Source: Tidjanibacter sp.
Lineage (GTDB): Bacteria; Bacteroidota; Bacteroidia; Bacteroidales; Rikenellaceae
Direction of reading: 5' to 3'
NCBI GenBank assembly: GCA_048214935.1
Contig: DBFWXZ010000026.1
Coordinates: 346,173 to 410,172, forward strand
Length of the DNA: 64,000 nt
Positions within the stretch are counted from its first letter, which is position 1. Each line of letters starts with the position of its first letter. The notes under the pieces are model-generated. The model was not told the origin of the DNA and ran no database searches. It was given only the letters and a program-made list of their open reading frames with translations. This document shows, in pieces, positions 23,934-32,488 of this stretch. The position numbers were made by a program, and so were the translations under genes.

Positions 23934-25109
23934 ATGAAAAACCTTTTGACTGTCGCAGTCGTAACGGCGGTGGCGCTGACCGGCTGCATGAAAGACCCCC
24001 TGCCGGAACCGGCATCGCAGGATGCCGTTACCCGCAGTGCCGACACTGCCGTACATGTGTTCGGCGAGCCTTCCAACTGTTACATAGTTACCGGAGCCGG
24101 AGAGTACGCTTTCCCGGCCGTTATATTGCCGGGAGGCATACAGCCGTCTTTCTCCTCCTGCCATGCGCGTTTGTTGTGGCAGACCAGAGAGAGCACTACC
24201 TCTATGCCTCTCGTTACCGGCGTACGCCTTGAAGGGAGATATATACGCTTTACCGCTTCCGACCTCAAGGGGAATGCCTCGGTCGGGTTGTTCGAAGCCG
24301 ACAGTAGCCTTGTTTGGTCGTGGCATATTTGGCTGACCGACCAACCGGAAGAGATGGCCGGCCCGGGCGGCACGGTTTTCATGGACCGGGACTTGGGCGC
24401 TACGGTAGCACGGAATGTCGGCGTGGCTTCCCATGGGTTGTTTTACCAGTGGGGCCGTAAAGACCCGTTTTATGGAAGTACGCTAAATGAGAATACATCT
24501 GCTTTCGGTCAGGCCAAGGCCAAAACCGACGCGGCCCCGGGCTTCGAATGGCATATAGCCAAATATGCGGTCGGCACCAATATAACTGTTCGGAACGCGA
24601 TAAAGAAGCCGACCGGTTTCATAACCATAAAAAATCTTTTTAGTGCGAGCGACTGGCTGACCAAATCTGTCGATGGACTGTGGGGACCGGTAAAGACTGT
24701 GTACGACCCATGTCCGGCCGGTTACAGGGTGCCGCAGGCCGGAGAATGGTGGAGCGATGCAGGTAGCGTGGATTCGCTTTCCCGGCCGGATGTTACTTAT
24801 GCTCCGGGAGGAAATTATCTCACTTACGGCGGTCGCACTTCGTTTTATCCATACTCGGGAATGAGGCTGCCCACCAGCGCGGCCGTTATGGGGACAGGTT
24901 ACAACGGATATCACTGGACCTGCACTCCCGACGGAGACGGCAAGGCCCGGTATTTTATCAACCAGCAGACCGGGAGCAGCGGTATATGGTCGCAGTCGGT
25001 GAGCAGGGCTTCAGGTATGAGCGTACGGTGCGTCAAGTATAACGGTCCGGTAGTAAACGTCGATACCGGCGATGTCCACTGGGGACGCGAGGCTGCATCC
25101 GGGGTTTGA
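23934..25109 (+). CDS. Lipoprotein with FISUMP-like (Fibrobacter succinogenes major paralogous) domain
   Basis: Lipobox VALTGC. Motifs GLFYQWGRKDPFYGS and DPCPAGYRVPQAGEW, plus a C-terminal ...ASGMSVRCV. Family-level call. Confidence 0.5.
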   Translation: MKNLLTVAVVTAVALTGCMKDPLPEPASQDAVTRSADTAVHVFGEPSNCYIVTGAGEYAFPAVILPGGIQPSFSSCHARLLWQTRESTTSMPLVTGVRLEGRYIRFTASDLKGNASVGLFEADSSLVWSWHIWLTDQPEEMAGPGGTVFMDRDLGATVARNVGVASHGLFYQWGRKDPFYGSTLNENTSAFGQAKAKTDAAPGFEWHIAKYAVGTNITVRNAIKKPTGFITIKNLFSASDWLTKSVDGLWGPVKTVYDPCPAGYRVPQAGEWWSDAGSVDSLSRPDVTYAPGGNYLTYGGRTSFYPYSGMRLPTSAAVMGTGYNGYHWTCTPDGDGKARYFINQQTGSSGIWSQSVSRASGMSVRCVKYNGPVVNVDTGDVHWGREAASGV

Positions 25110-25143
25110 CCCGCTCTGTGTCCGGCTTGTGTGAAAGACATGA

Positions 25144-25180
25144 ATACCGCCCGGAAAGGTCGTACTTTTCCGGGCGGTAT
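25144..25180. terminator. Bidirectional terminator between the lipoprotein gene and infC
   Basis: ATACCGCCCGGAAA / TTTCCGGGCGGTAT perfect 14-bp stem with a 9-nt loop. Confidence 0.7.
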
Positions 25181-25195
25181 CGTTTGGCGGCCGTT

Positions 25196-25771
25196 TTATT
25201 TTTTGACTTTCGGAGCGAGCATCATCGTCATGCGCTTGCCTTCCAGTTTGGGCATCATTTCCACTTTGGCCAAGTCTTCGAGGTCCGTAGCGAAACGCAG
25301 CAGCAGGATTTCTCCCTGCTCCTTGAACACTATGGAGCGTCCCCGGAAGAATACGTAGGACTTTACCTTGGAACCTTCCTTGAGGAAGTTCTGAGCATGG
25401 CGCAGTTTGAAATTATAGTCGTGGTCGTCCGTCTGGGGGCCGAAACGGATTTCCTTTACCACTACCTTCACGGTCTTGGCCTTGATTTCCTTCTGTTTCT
25501 TTTTGAGCTGATAAAGGAATTTCTGGTAATCGGCTATTCTGCATACCGGCGGCTCGGCCTTGGGGGATATTTCTATCAAATCCATTTCCCGCTCCTGAGC
25601 CATGCGTATGGCATCGCGCGTAGGCATTACTACCGAACCTTCTATGCCTTCTCCCACCACGCGCACTTCGGGCGCGTCGATTTTCTGGTTTATCCGGTGG
25701 GGCATTTCCTTTTCGACCCTTGCCGGCCGCGGTCCGCGGCCGCGGAACCCGCTTGGTTTTCTCGTGTCTAT
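25196..25771 (-). CDS. infC: Translation initiation factor IF-3 (probable non-canonical ATA start; ATG 25705 is the conservative alternative)
   Basis: [16 protein letters not shown]...[25 protein letters not shown]...[17 protein letters not shown] matches IF-3. The frame stays open upstream to the thrS stop, with an ATA at 25769-25771 preceded by GGGAGGA at 7-nt spacing. Confidence 0.9.
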   Translation of the reverse strand: MDTRKPSGFRGRGPRPARVEKEMPHRINQKIDAPEVRVVGEGIEGSVVMPTRDAIRMAQEREMDLIEISPKAEPPVCRIADYQKFLYQLKKKQKEIKAKTVKVVVKEIRFGPQTDDHDYNFKLRHAQNFLKEGSKVKSYVFFRGRSIVFKEQGEILLLRFATDLEDLAKVEMMPKLEGKRMTMMLAPKVKK

Positions 25772-25795
25772 AACTTTGTCCTCCCAAAAGGTTTG

Positions 25796-27757
25796 TTAAA
25801 CATTCTTCGGCTGTTCTCCCGTCTCTTCTGCAACGAGGGTCTGTATGTGCGAAGCGAACTCGGCCGGCGTCATCGCACCCCGGTCGCCCTCGCCTTGGGC
25901 ACGTACCGAAACCGTGCCGCTTTGTTGTTCCTTTTCTCCGACGACGAGCAGGAACGGTATCCGTTTGAGCTCGTTGTCGCGTATCTTCCTGCCGACCTTT
26001 TCATTGCGGAGGTCGGTTTCAGTGCGAATATCGGAATTATTCAGGAATTCCGAAACTTTTTCCGCGTAATCGTTGAACTTTTCGCTGATAGGAAGCACGA
26101 CGGCCTGCGTCGGAGTGAGCCACAGCGGAAACCTGCCGCCGGTATGCTCCAGCAGCACCGCTACGAATCTTTCCATGGAACCGAACGGCGCCCGGTGTAT
26201 CATGATGGGGCGATGGGGTTTGTCGTCCGCTCCGATATACGTCAAATCGAACCGTTCCGGCAGGTTGTAGTCCACCTGTATGGTTCCCAACTGCCACTTG
26301 CGACCCAAGGCGTCGCGTACCATGAAGTCGAGTTTGGGACCGTAGAAAGCGGCTTCGCCGTATTCCACTACCGTTTTGAGGCCTTTTTCCTCGGCCGCAC
26401 GGATAATGGCCTGCTCGGCCTTTTCCCAGTTCTCGTCGGAGCCTATGTACTTCTCCTTGTTATTCGGGTCGCGCAACGACACCTGAGCGGTGAAATTCTC
26501 GAATTTGAGGGTCTTGAATATATATAGCACGATGTCTATAACCTTCTCGAATTCTTCTAGCAACTGGTCCGGACGGGCGAATATGTGCGCGTCGTCCTGC
26601 GTGAAGCCCCGGACACGGGTAAGTCCGTGCAGCTCTCCGCTCATTTCGTAACGGTAAACCGTCCCGAATTCGGCGAAGCGCAGCGGCAGGTCGCGATACG
26701 AGCGAGGTTTGAAACGGTATATCTCGCAGTGGTGGGGGCAATTCATGGGCTTGAGCAGGAACTCCTCACCTTCGTCCGGCGTGTGGATAGGTTGAAAGGA
26801 ATCCTTGCCGTATTTTGCATAATGCCCCGACGTTACGTACAGGTCCTTCATGCCTATATGGGGTGTAATGACCTGTTCGTAACCGTGCTTCTTCTGTACG
26901 GCCCGCAGGAAATTTTCGAGCCTTTCACGCAGAGCGGCTCCCTTGGGAAGCCACAGAGGCAGCCCCTGACCTACGCGTTGGGAGAAATGGAACAGCTCCA
27001 GCTCCCGGCCCAGCTTGCGGTGGTCGCGCTTTTTGGCTTCCTCCAGCATGGTCAGATACTCGTCGAGCATGGACTTTTTGGGGAAAGTGATGCCGTAGAT
27101 ACGGGTGAGCATCTTGTTTTTTTCGTTGCCGCGCCAATAGGCTCCCGCCACCGAGGTCAGCTTTATGGCCTTGATGTAACTCGTGTCCGGCAGGTGAGGG
27201 CCGCGGCACAGGTCGGTGAACGCGCCGTTGGTATAGAAACTTATCGTACCGTCCTGAAGGTCGCGGATAAGCTCCAGTTTGTATTGGTCGTCTTTTTCGG
27301 TAAAAGTCCGCAGGGCCTCGTCCTTGCTTACTTCCGTGCGTACTATCCGCTCCTTTTGCCGGGCGAGTTCTTCCATTTTCTTTTCTATCGCCGGCAGGTC
27401 GGCTTCCGTAATAGGTATCGGACTGTCCACGTCGTAGTAGAATCCGTTCTCTATGCTGGGGCCGATGCCGAACTTGATGCCGGGGTAAAGGCTTTCGAGT
27501 GCTTCGGCCATAAGGTGCGACGACGAGTGCCAGAAAGCGTGGCGCCCTTCCGGGTCATCCCACTTGTTGAGTTTAAGCGAGGCATTCTGCGTAATTGGTC
27601 GCGTAATATCCGTTACCGTACCGTTCACGGTAGCGGACAGCACTTCCTGAGCGAGGCGCTGGCTTATGCCCTCGGCTATCTGCCGCGGCGTAGTTCCGCA
27701 GGCATACTGACGGATGCTGCCGTCCGGAAACGTAATCTCGATGGTCTGTGAATCCAT
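25796..27757 (-). CDS. thrS: Threonine--tRNA ligase
   Basis: 653 aa with a TGS-like N-terminus, the editing-domain [10 protein letters not shown] motif, class II core motifs (FRNE-type ...[10 protein letters not shown]..., YRYE.SGELHGL.R) and a C-terminal anticodon-binding domain. Confidence 0.95.
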   Translation of the reverse strand: MDSQTIEITFPDGSIRQYACGTTPRQIAEGISQRLAQEVLSATVNGTVTDITRPITQNASLKLNKWDDPEGRHAFWHSSSHLMAEALESLYPGIKFGIGPSIENGFYYDVDSPIPITEADLPAIEKKMEELARQKERIVRTEVSKDEALRTFTEKDDQYKLELIRDLQDGTISFYTNGAFTDLCRGPHLPDTSYIKAIKLTSVAGAYWRGNEKNKMLTRIYGITFPKKSMLDEYLTMLEEAKKRDHRKLGRELELFHFSQRVGQGLPLWLPKGAALRERLENFLRAVQKKHGYEQVITPHIGMKDLYVTSGHYAKYGKDSFQPIHTPDEGEEFLLKPMNCPHHCEIYRFKPRSYRDLPLRFAEFGTVYRYEMSGELHGLTRVRGFTQDDAHIFARPDQLLEEFEKVIDIVLYIFKTLKFENFTAQVSLRDPNNKEKYIGSDENWEKAEQAIIRAAEEKGLKTVVEYGEAAFYGPKLDFMVRDALGRKWQLGTIQVDYNLPERFDLTYIGADDKPHRPIMIHRAPFGSMERFVAVLLEHTGGRFPLWLTPTQAVVLPISEKFNDYAEKVSEFLNNSDIRTETDLRNEKVGRKIRDNELKRIPFLLVVGEKEQQSGTVSVRAQGEGDRGAMTPAEFASHIQTLVAEETGEQPKNV

Positions 27758-27838
27758 TTTTTTATTTTATTTTTTGCCGTTCCTCTCCGATACGGACCGG
27801 AGCGCCGGCGCAAGTTTTCGGTATATATGGTCCGGAGT

Positions 27839-28936
27839 TCAGTCTTCGTCACCGGTCTGGGGCAGGTCTGAGGCCGATACGTCGGCTCCCTTTTCGCGTT
27901 CGTAACGGCGCAGCGGGTTGGCGGTCATGGCCGCCCAACGACGGCGGCTGCGCCATATGTCGCACGCCGTCCACACTGCCTGCCGCAGCGATGCGGGGTC
28001 GGCTTCGTTCCGTCCGGCTATATCGTAGGCCGTGCCGTGGTCGGGGCTGGTGCGGATTATCCCCAGAGAAGCCGTGTAGTTCACCCCGTCGGGACAGAGG
28101 GCCTTGAAAGGCGCCAACCCCTGGTCGTGGTACATGGCGAGCACGGCATCGTATTTTGCATACGCACCCGACGCAAAGAATCCGTCTGCCGGGAATGGCC
28201 CGAAAGCGAGAACACGTTCGTTCCATGCCTGCTCTATGGCGGGACGAATGATTTCCGATTCTTCGTTTCCGATAAGTCCCCCGTCGCCGGCGTGAGGGTT
28301 GAGGGCCAATACCGCTATGCGCGGCTCCACTATGCCGAAATCGGATTTCAAACATTCCCGCAATTGGACGATACGCCTGTGAATCAACCCGCTGTTCAGC
28401 ACCGAGCTGACTTCGGCGAGCGGTATGTGCACTGTGGCCAGGCCTACTTTCATGCTTCGTCCGCACATTATCATCAGAGGCTCGCCGCCGAATCTGTCGG
28501 CGAGAAAGTCGGTGTGGCCTTTATAGGCGAACCGGTCGCAGTATGCGGTTTCCTTGTTTATGGGAGCCGTTACCAGCACGTCTATAAGACCGCGTTCGAG
28601 GTCGTCGGCCGCGCGAAGCAATGCGTCCACCGCCGTCGAGGCGGCTTCGGCGCTCGGTGTTCCGGGCTCGAAACGGATTTCCTCGTCCGAACATTCCACC
28701 AGATTGAAGCGTTTCGCCTTGGCCTCTTTGGGTGTGCCTATCACATTGACCGTCAGGTTTTCCGCTTCCGGAATCCCGCGGCGATAATAAGCGACCGCAC
28801 GCGACGACCCGTATATCACCGGTGTCAGCATTTCGCTCATGCGCGGGTCGGCGAAAGCCTTTATCACTGTTTCCGGACCGATGCCGTTCGGGTCGCCGAG
28901 AGTGATGCCTGCCCGCAGGGTTTTATTTTCGTTCAT
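27839..28936 (-). CDS. pdxA: 4-hydroxythreonine-4-phosphate dehydrogenase
   Basis: GITLGDPNGIGPE...GHTDFL...LNPHAGDGG...YHDQGL...IIRTSPDHGTA are PdxA hallmarks. It has a ~35-aa C-terminal tail. Confidence 0.9.
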   Translation of the reverse strand: MNENKTLRAGITLGDPNGIGPETVIKAFADPRMSEMLTPVIYGSSRAVAYYRRGIPEAENLTVNVIGTPKEAKAKRFNLVECSDEEIRFEPGTPSAEAASTAVDALLRAADDLERGLIDVLVTAPINKETAYCDRFAYKGHTDFLADRFGGEPLMIMCGRSMKVGLATVHIPLAEVSSVLNSGLIHRRIVQLRECLKSDFGIVEPRIAVLALNPHAGDGGLIGNEESEIIRPAIEQAWNERVLAFGPFPADGFFASGAYAKYDAVLAMYHDQGLAPFKALCPDGVNYTASLGIIRTSPDHGTAYDIAGRNEADPASLRQAVWTACDIWRSRRRWAAMTANPLRRYEREKGADVSASDLPQTGDED

Positions 28937-28962
28937 TGTACGCTACATGTCGTTACAAACTA

Positions 28963-28970
28963 CAAAGATA
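28963..28970 (-). promoter_or_regulatory. -7 box TATCTTTG (minus strand) upstream of pdxA
   Basis: The plus strand reads CAAAGATA, 27 nt upstream of ATG 28936, inside the palindrome AAAGATAAcatTTATCTTT. Confidence 0.45.
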
Positions 28971-29082
28971 ACATTATCTTTCGGATTCCGTCCGGCGTTG
29001 CCTGATAATAATGGGCTACGGCGGCCACTCGGCCGCCGTATGCAAAACGAGGTAAACGCGTTGAAATTGTGGGTACGCAAGT

Positions 29083-30354
29083 TCAGAAGATAAGCTCCAG
29101 AGCGACCGTATAGCCGATGTAAAGCTGTCCGGTTCCCGAACGTACCCCGCCCTTCCACAAGTGGCCGGAGGGAAGCATATCGGCGCTCCCCCGGTCGGCG
29201 TACATGAAATTTATCGACGGACCGCCGAAAATACCCACCCGCCGCGCGATGACGAATTCCGGAAGCAGTCCGTAACCGGCTCTCAGGGTGCGATGGTCGT
29301 CAGTCCTGCACCCTATTGCTTCCGCCGTCACTTCGTTTTTGATGCGCAGCCAACGGGTGCAGTTTATGTGGGCCCCTATACCGGCTACTGTCGCAAATGC
29401 TTCTTTTCCGTCGGCGCGGTGGTTGTAGCCCGCGCCCAGTATGCCGTACGTTACCCGGCTGCCGGACCGGAACTCGGCCGTTACGCTGCCCGTTTCCCTG
29501 TACACGACCGCTACGCTCATCTCTCCGTCCCCGATGATGTTTACGAGGCCTATCGGACAGGTGCTGCTTCGGGCGATATTGAGCAGCGCCGCCGCCTGCA
29601 CGCCTTTCACCCTGTCGGCGATATTCACGAGGCCGGCCAACTGAACGCCCTTCATGCGACCGGCAATGTTGAGCAACCCGGCCGCCTGCACGCCTTTAGT
29701 TTCGGACGCTATGTTTACCAGCCCGCTTCCTTGGAATCCTTTCATACGCTCTGCAATACCGAGCAGTCCGTTGCCTTGAAAACCTTTTACCCAGTCGGCC
29801 GACCCGAACAGTCCGGCCGCCTGCACGCCTTTCATATCGCCGGATACGTTGAACAGCCCCGACGCCTGAACCCCCTTGAAATCGCCGGACATATTGAAAA
29901 GCCCGGCTGCCTGTACGCCGTTATATCTCGCTCCGCGTACGATATTGGCAAGCCCGGCCAACGACACTCCGCGTCCGTTTCCGCCGGTGTAGTTCCATGC
30001 TCCCGCAAAGGACAGCCCTTTCGTATCTACGGCCACCGTATTTCCGAGACCGGCGAAATCCACGCCCCGCTTGTTCCCGCCGGTATAGTTCCACAATCCG
30101 GACAAGGATACGCCTACCGCATTGCCCAACACCGTATTGCCCAGCCCGGAGAGAGCGAACGCCCTTTCTCCGGCAGATACGCCGACGAGCAGGTTTACCG
30201 ACACCGTGTTTACATATTCCTTCGCAGCGGAGCCATGGGTATCGAGCGGAGGGAAGAACCCTACATGGAACGCCGACTTTTTGTTCTGTGCGTCTGCTTG
30301 GGTAAAGGCGGCCAGAAACACGGCGGTCAGTAATACGAACTTTGCTGTTTTCAT
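29083..30354 (-). CDS. Secreted repeat protein, probable outer-membrane protein (13-14 short G-[VF]-Q-x-x-G-L-x-N repeats + beta-rich C-terminal domain ending in Phe)
   Basis: Signal peptide MKTAKFVLLTAVFLAAFTQADA|QNKK. Eight exact-register 15-aa units span residues 146-265, with looser 16-aa units at 58-145. The C-terminus is ...LYIGYTVALELIF. Confidence 0.55.
   Translation of the reverse strand: MKTAKFVLLTAVFLAAFTQADAQNKKSAFHVGFFPPLDTHGSAAKEYVNTVSVNLLVGVSAGERAFALSGLGNTVLGNAVGVSLSGLWNYTGGNKRGVDFAGLGNTVAVDTKGLSFAGAWNYTGGNGRGVSLAGLANIVRGARYNGVQAAGLFNMSGDFKGVQASGLFNVSGDMKGVQAAGLFGSADWVKGFQGNGLLGIAERMKGFQGSGLVNIASETKGVQAAGLLNIAGRMKGVQLAGLVNIADRVKGVQAAALLNIARSSTCPIGLVNIIGDGEMSVAVVYRETGSVTAEFRSGSRVTYGILGAGYNHRADGKEAFATVAGIGAHINCTRWLRIKNEVTAEAIGCRTDDHRTLRAGYGLLPEFVIARRVGIFGGPSINFMYADRGSADMLPSGHLWKGGVRSGTGQLYIGYTVALELIF
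29560..30183 (-). repeat. In-frame 45-bp (15-codon) periodic coding repeat; core of 8 units at 29560-29919
   Basis: GCCGCCTGCACGCCTTT recurs at 29591, 29681 and 29816, with spacings of 90 and 135 bp (2 and 3 x 45). Confidence 0.85.
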
Positions 30355-30420
30355 TTTTATACGGATATTATTTATCTAATAGCAGTTACGGTTTTATTGT
30401 CGGTTTGCAGACGTCGGTTT

Positions 30421-31221
30421 CTATTGTATGCGCCGCCTGAATTCGGAGCATACTACGGCCGCCGCCGCCGCCACGTTCAGGGATTCGGCTCCCTTGCGGT
30501 CGGGCAGGGGGCAGGCCATTTGCCATGCCGGTGCGGGGCGGGAGGCGGGGACGGCGAAGGCCGGAATATACAATCGTCGCCCGACCTCTGCGGCTGTACG
30601 CGGGCCGATTCCGTTTCCTTCGTTGCCGAGTACCGTGACGCCCGTTTCCGGAAGCGCAGCCCGGTAAATGTTCTCTCCTTCGAGAAATGTTCCGAATACT
30701 TCCGTCCCGGACGTTTTCGCGCGGGAAAGCATTTCCGGCAGGTCGCCGTAAAATACCCTGACTCTCAGAAATGCACCCATGGATGCCTGCACTGCCTTCG
30801 GGCCGAAAATATCGGCGGTTTCTTCCGAACATATCATGTCGTACATCCCGAACCATGCGGCCGTACGGACTATGGAACCTACATTTCCGGGGTCCTGCAC
30901 TCCGTCCAGAGCCAGAATGGGCGCGCGCCCGAATATTCCGGCCGTGAATTTTCTTTCCGGCAGCACGGCCAGAGCCATGCAGCCCTGCGGAGTGCGCTGG
31001 GCGCTTATGCGTTCCAGCTCCGCCGGGGATACGGTTTCCATCTTGCCGTAGTCCAAAACGGCCGCGCACCGTTCCGTTGCGAACACTCTTTCTACCACGA
31101 AGTCCGAAGCCAGCAGCTCTTTTACGGACTTGGAGCCTTCCACGACGAACAGGCCGCTGCGGCGGCGCTCCGTGCGGTCGGACAGAGCCCTTATCAGTTT
31201 TATGTCGGCTTTGCTAAGCAT
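30421..31221 (-). CDS. TrmH/SpoU-family RNA 2'-O-methyltransferase (RlmB-like)
   Basis: SpoU motifs: LDGVQDPGNVGSIVRTAAWFG, VLGNEGNGI, ESLNVAAAAAV. Trimmed to ATG 31221 (residue 15 of the track ORF). Confidence 0.75.
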   Translation of the reverse strand: MLSKADIKLIRALSDRTERRRSGLFVVEGSKSVKELLASDFVVERVFATERCAAVLDYGKMETVSPAELERISAQRTPQGCMALAVLPERKFTAGIFGRAPILALDGVQDPGNVGSIVRTAAWFGMYDMICSEETADIFGPKAVQASMGAFLRVRVFYGDLPEMLSRAKTSGTEVFGTFLEGENIYRAALPETGVTVLGNEGNGIGPRTAAEVGRRLYIPAFAVPASRPAPAWQMACPLPDRKGAESLNVAAAAAVVCSEFRRRIQ

Positions 31222-31225
31222 CGGC

Positions 31226-32488
31226 TCAGTTTTCCGGCATACACTGAAGTATGTCCAACGCAAGGGCCGTCATAAGTGCGGCGCCGTATCCCATAGCTTT
31301 TTCGTCCGGGTTCAGCGTTCCGGTATGCAGGCTGCCCGCGCGTCCGCGCTTGAAATCGTTTCCGGAATATCCGGCTCCCAGCCGGTAGTACACCGCAGGG
31401 TAGAGCTGGCAGTAGCGCCCGAAATCGTCCGAAGTGGGCCGCAGTCCGAGAGCTTTTACCGACGAGGCTCCGAACATGCTCCGCGCGAATTCCCGCGCCC
31501 GGCCCGTGAGGGCCGCATCGTTTTCCACGCACGGATAGCCTTCGGATATTTTCACTTCGGTTTCCACTCCCCGGCAGGCGCTTACGCAGGCGGATTCCGC
31601 GCGTACGGCTTCGCGCACGACCTCCCGGCGCGCCTCGTCGAACGTGCGCATGGTTCCTTCCATGTACACTTCGTCCGGAACCACGTTGGTGGCTCCTTCG
31701 GCGCGGATTTTTCCTATCGAAACTATTACGGGAAGCTCCGGTTTGCCGTAGCGTTCCGGCAGGGCGTGCAGCGCGGTTATTATTTCTGCGGCAGCCACTA
31801 CCGGGTCGCGCAGTTTGTCCCGCAGGGCGGCGTGTCCGCCCTTGCCGCGTACCGTCAGACGCAGTTCGTCGTTGGACGCCATGTAGCGCCCTTCGCAGAA
31901 TCCGAACGTGCCGGTAGGCAGTTCCGGGTCTATGTGCTGCCCTATAAATGCTTCCACCTCGTAGTCGCAGAACGGGTCGTCGGACAGCACGAGTTCGGCT
32001 CCGCCGGGATTCGACTCCTCGGCCGGCTGGAACAGTCCGAACACTGTGCCGCAGAATGTTTCCCGCACTTCGTTCAGGACTTCGAGGGCGGCCAGAAGCG
32101 CGGCGGCGTGCATGTCGTGTCCGCATGCATGCATTACTCCTTCGTTGCGGGAGGCGTACGGCAGCCCGGTTTGTTCTTTGACCGGAAGGGCATCGGTGTC
32201 GGCCCTCAATACCACCGCCCGGCGGCAAAGGCGCGAGGAGGCGACTGTACGTCCGTCCTTTCCGGACAGTTCGGCCGCCTTGCAGCCCGTGCCCTCTATG
32301 CGGGCAAGCACGCCGGTTCGGGCTATGGACTGGTACGGTATGCCGAGGGATTCGAGCCTGTTGGCTATGACTGCCGCCGTCTGCCATTCGCAGAACGACA
32401 GTTGCGGGTCGGAATGAAGGCGCCGGCGTATTTCGCAGGCGCGGGGCCACACGCTCAGGGCCCGGCGGGCTATTTGGGAGAGTTTCAT
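31226..32488 (-). CDS. M20-family amidohydrolase (N-acyl-L-amino-acid amidohydrolase / hippuricase-like)
   Basis: VLRADTDALP, MHACGHDMH, LFQPAEE, GKGGHAA. Track ORF 31226..32950 trimmed to ATG 32488, which overlaps the metH stop (ATGA). Confidence 0.8.
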   Translation of the reverse strand: MKLSQIARRALSVWPRACEIRRRLHSDPQLSFCEWQTAAVIANRLESLGIPYQSIARTGVLARIEGTGCKAAELSGKDGRTVASSRLCRRAVVLRADTDALPVKEQTGLPYASRNEGVMHACGHDMHAAALLAALEVLNEVRETFCGTVFGLFQPAEESNPGGAELVLSDDPFCDYEVEAFIGQHIDPELPTGTFGFCEGRYMASNDELRLTVRGKGGHAALRDKLRDPVVAAAEIITALHALPERYGKPELPVIVSIGKIRAEGATNVVPDEVYMEGTMRTFDEARREVVREAVRAESACVSACRGVETEVKISEGYPCVENDAALTGRAREFARSMFGASSVKALGLRPTSDDFGRYCQLYPAVYYRLGAGYSGNDFKRGRAGSLHTGTLNPDEKAMGYGAALMTALALDILQCMPEN

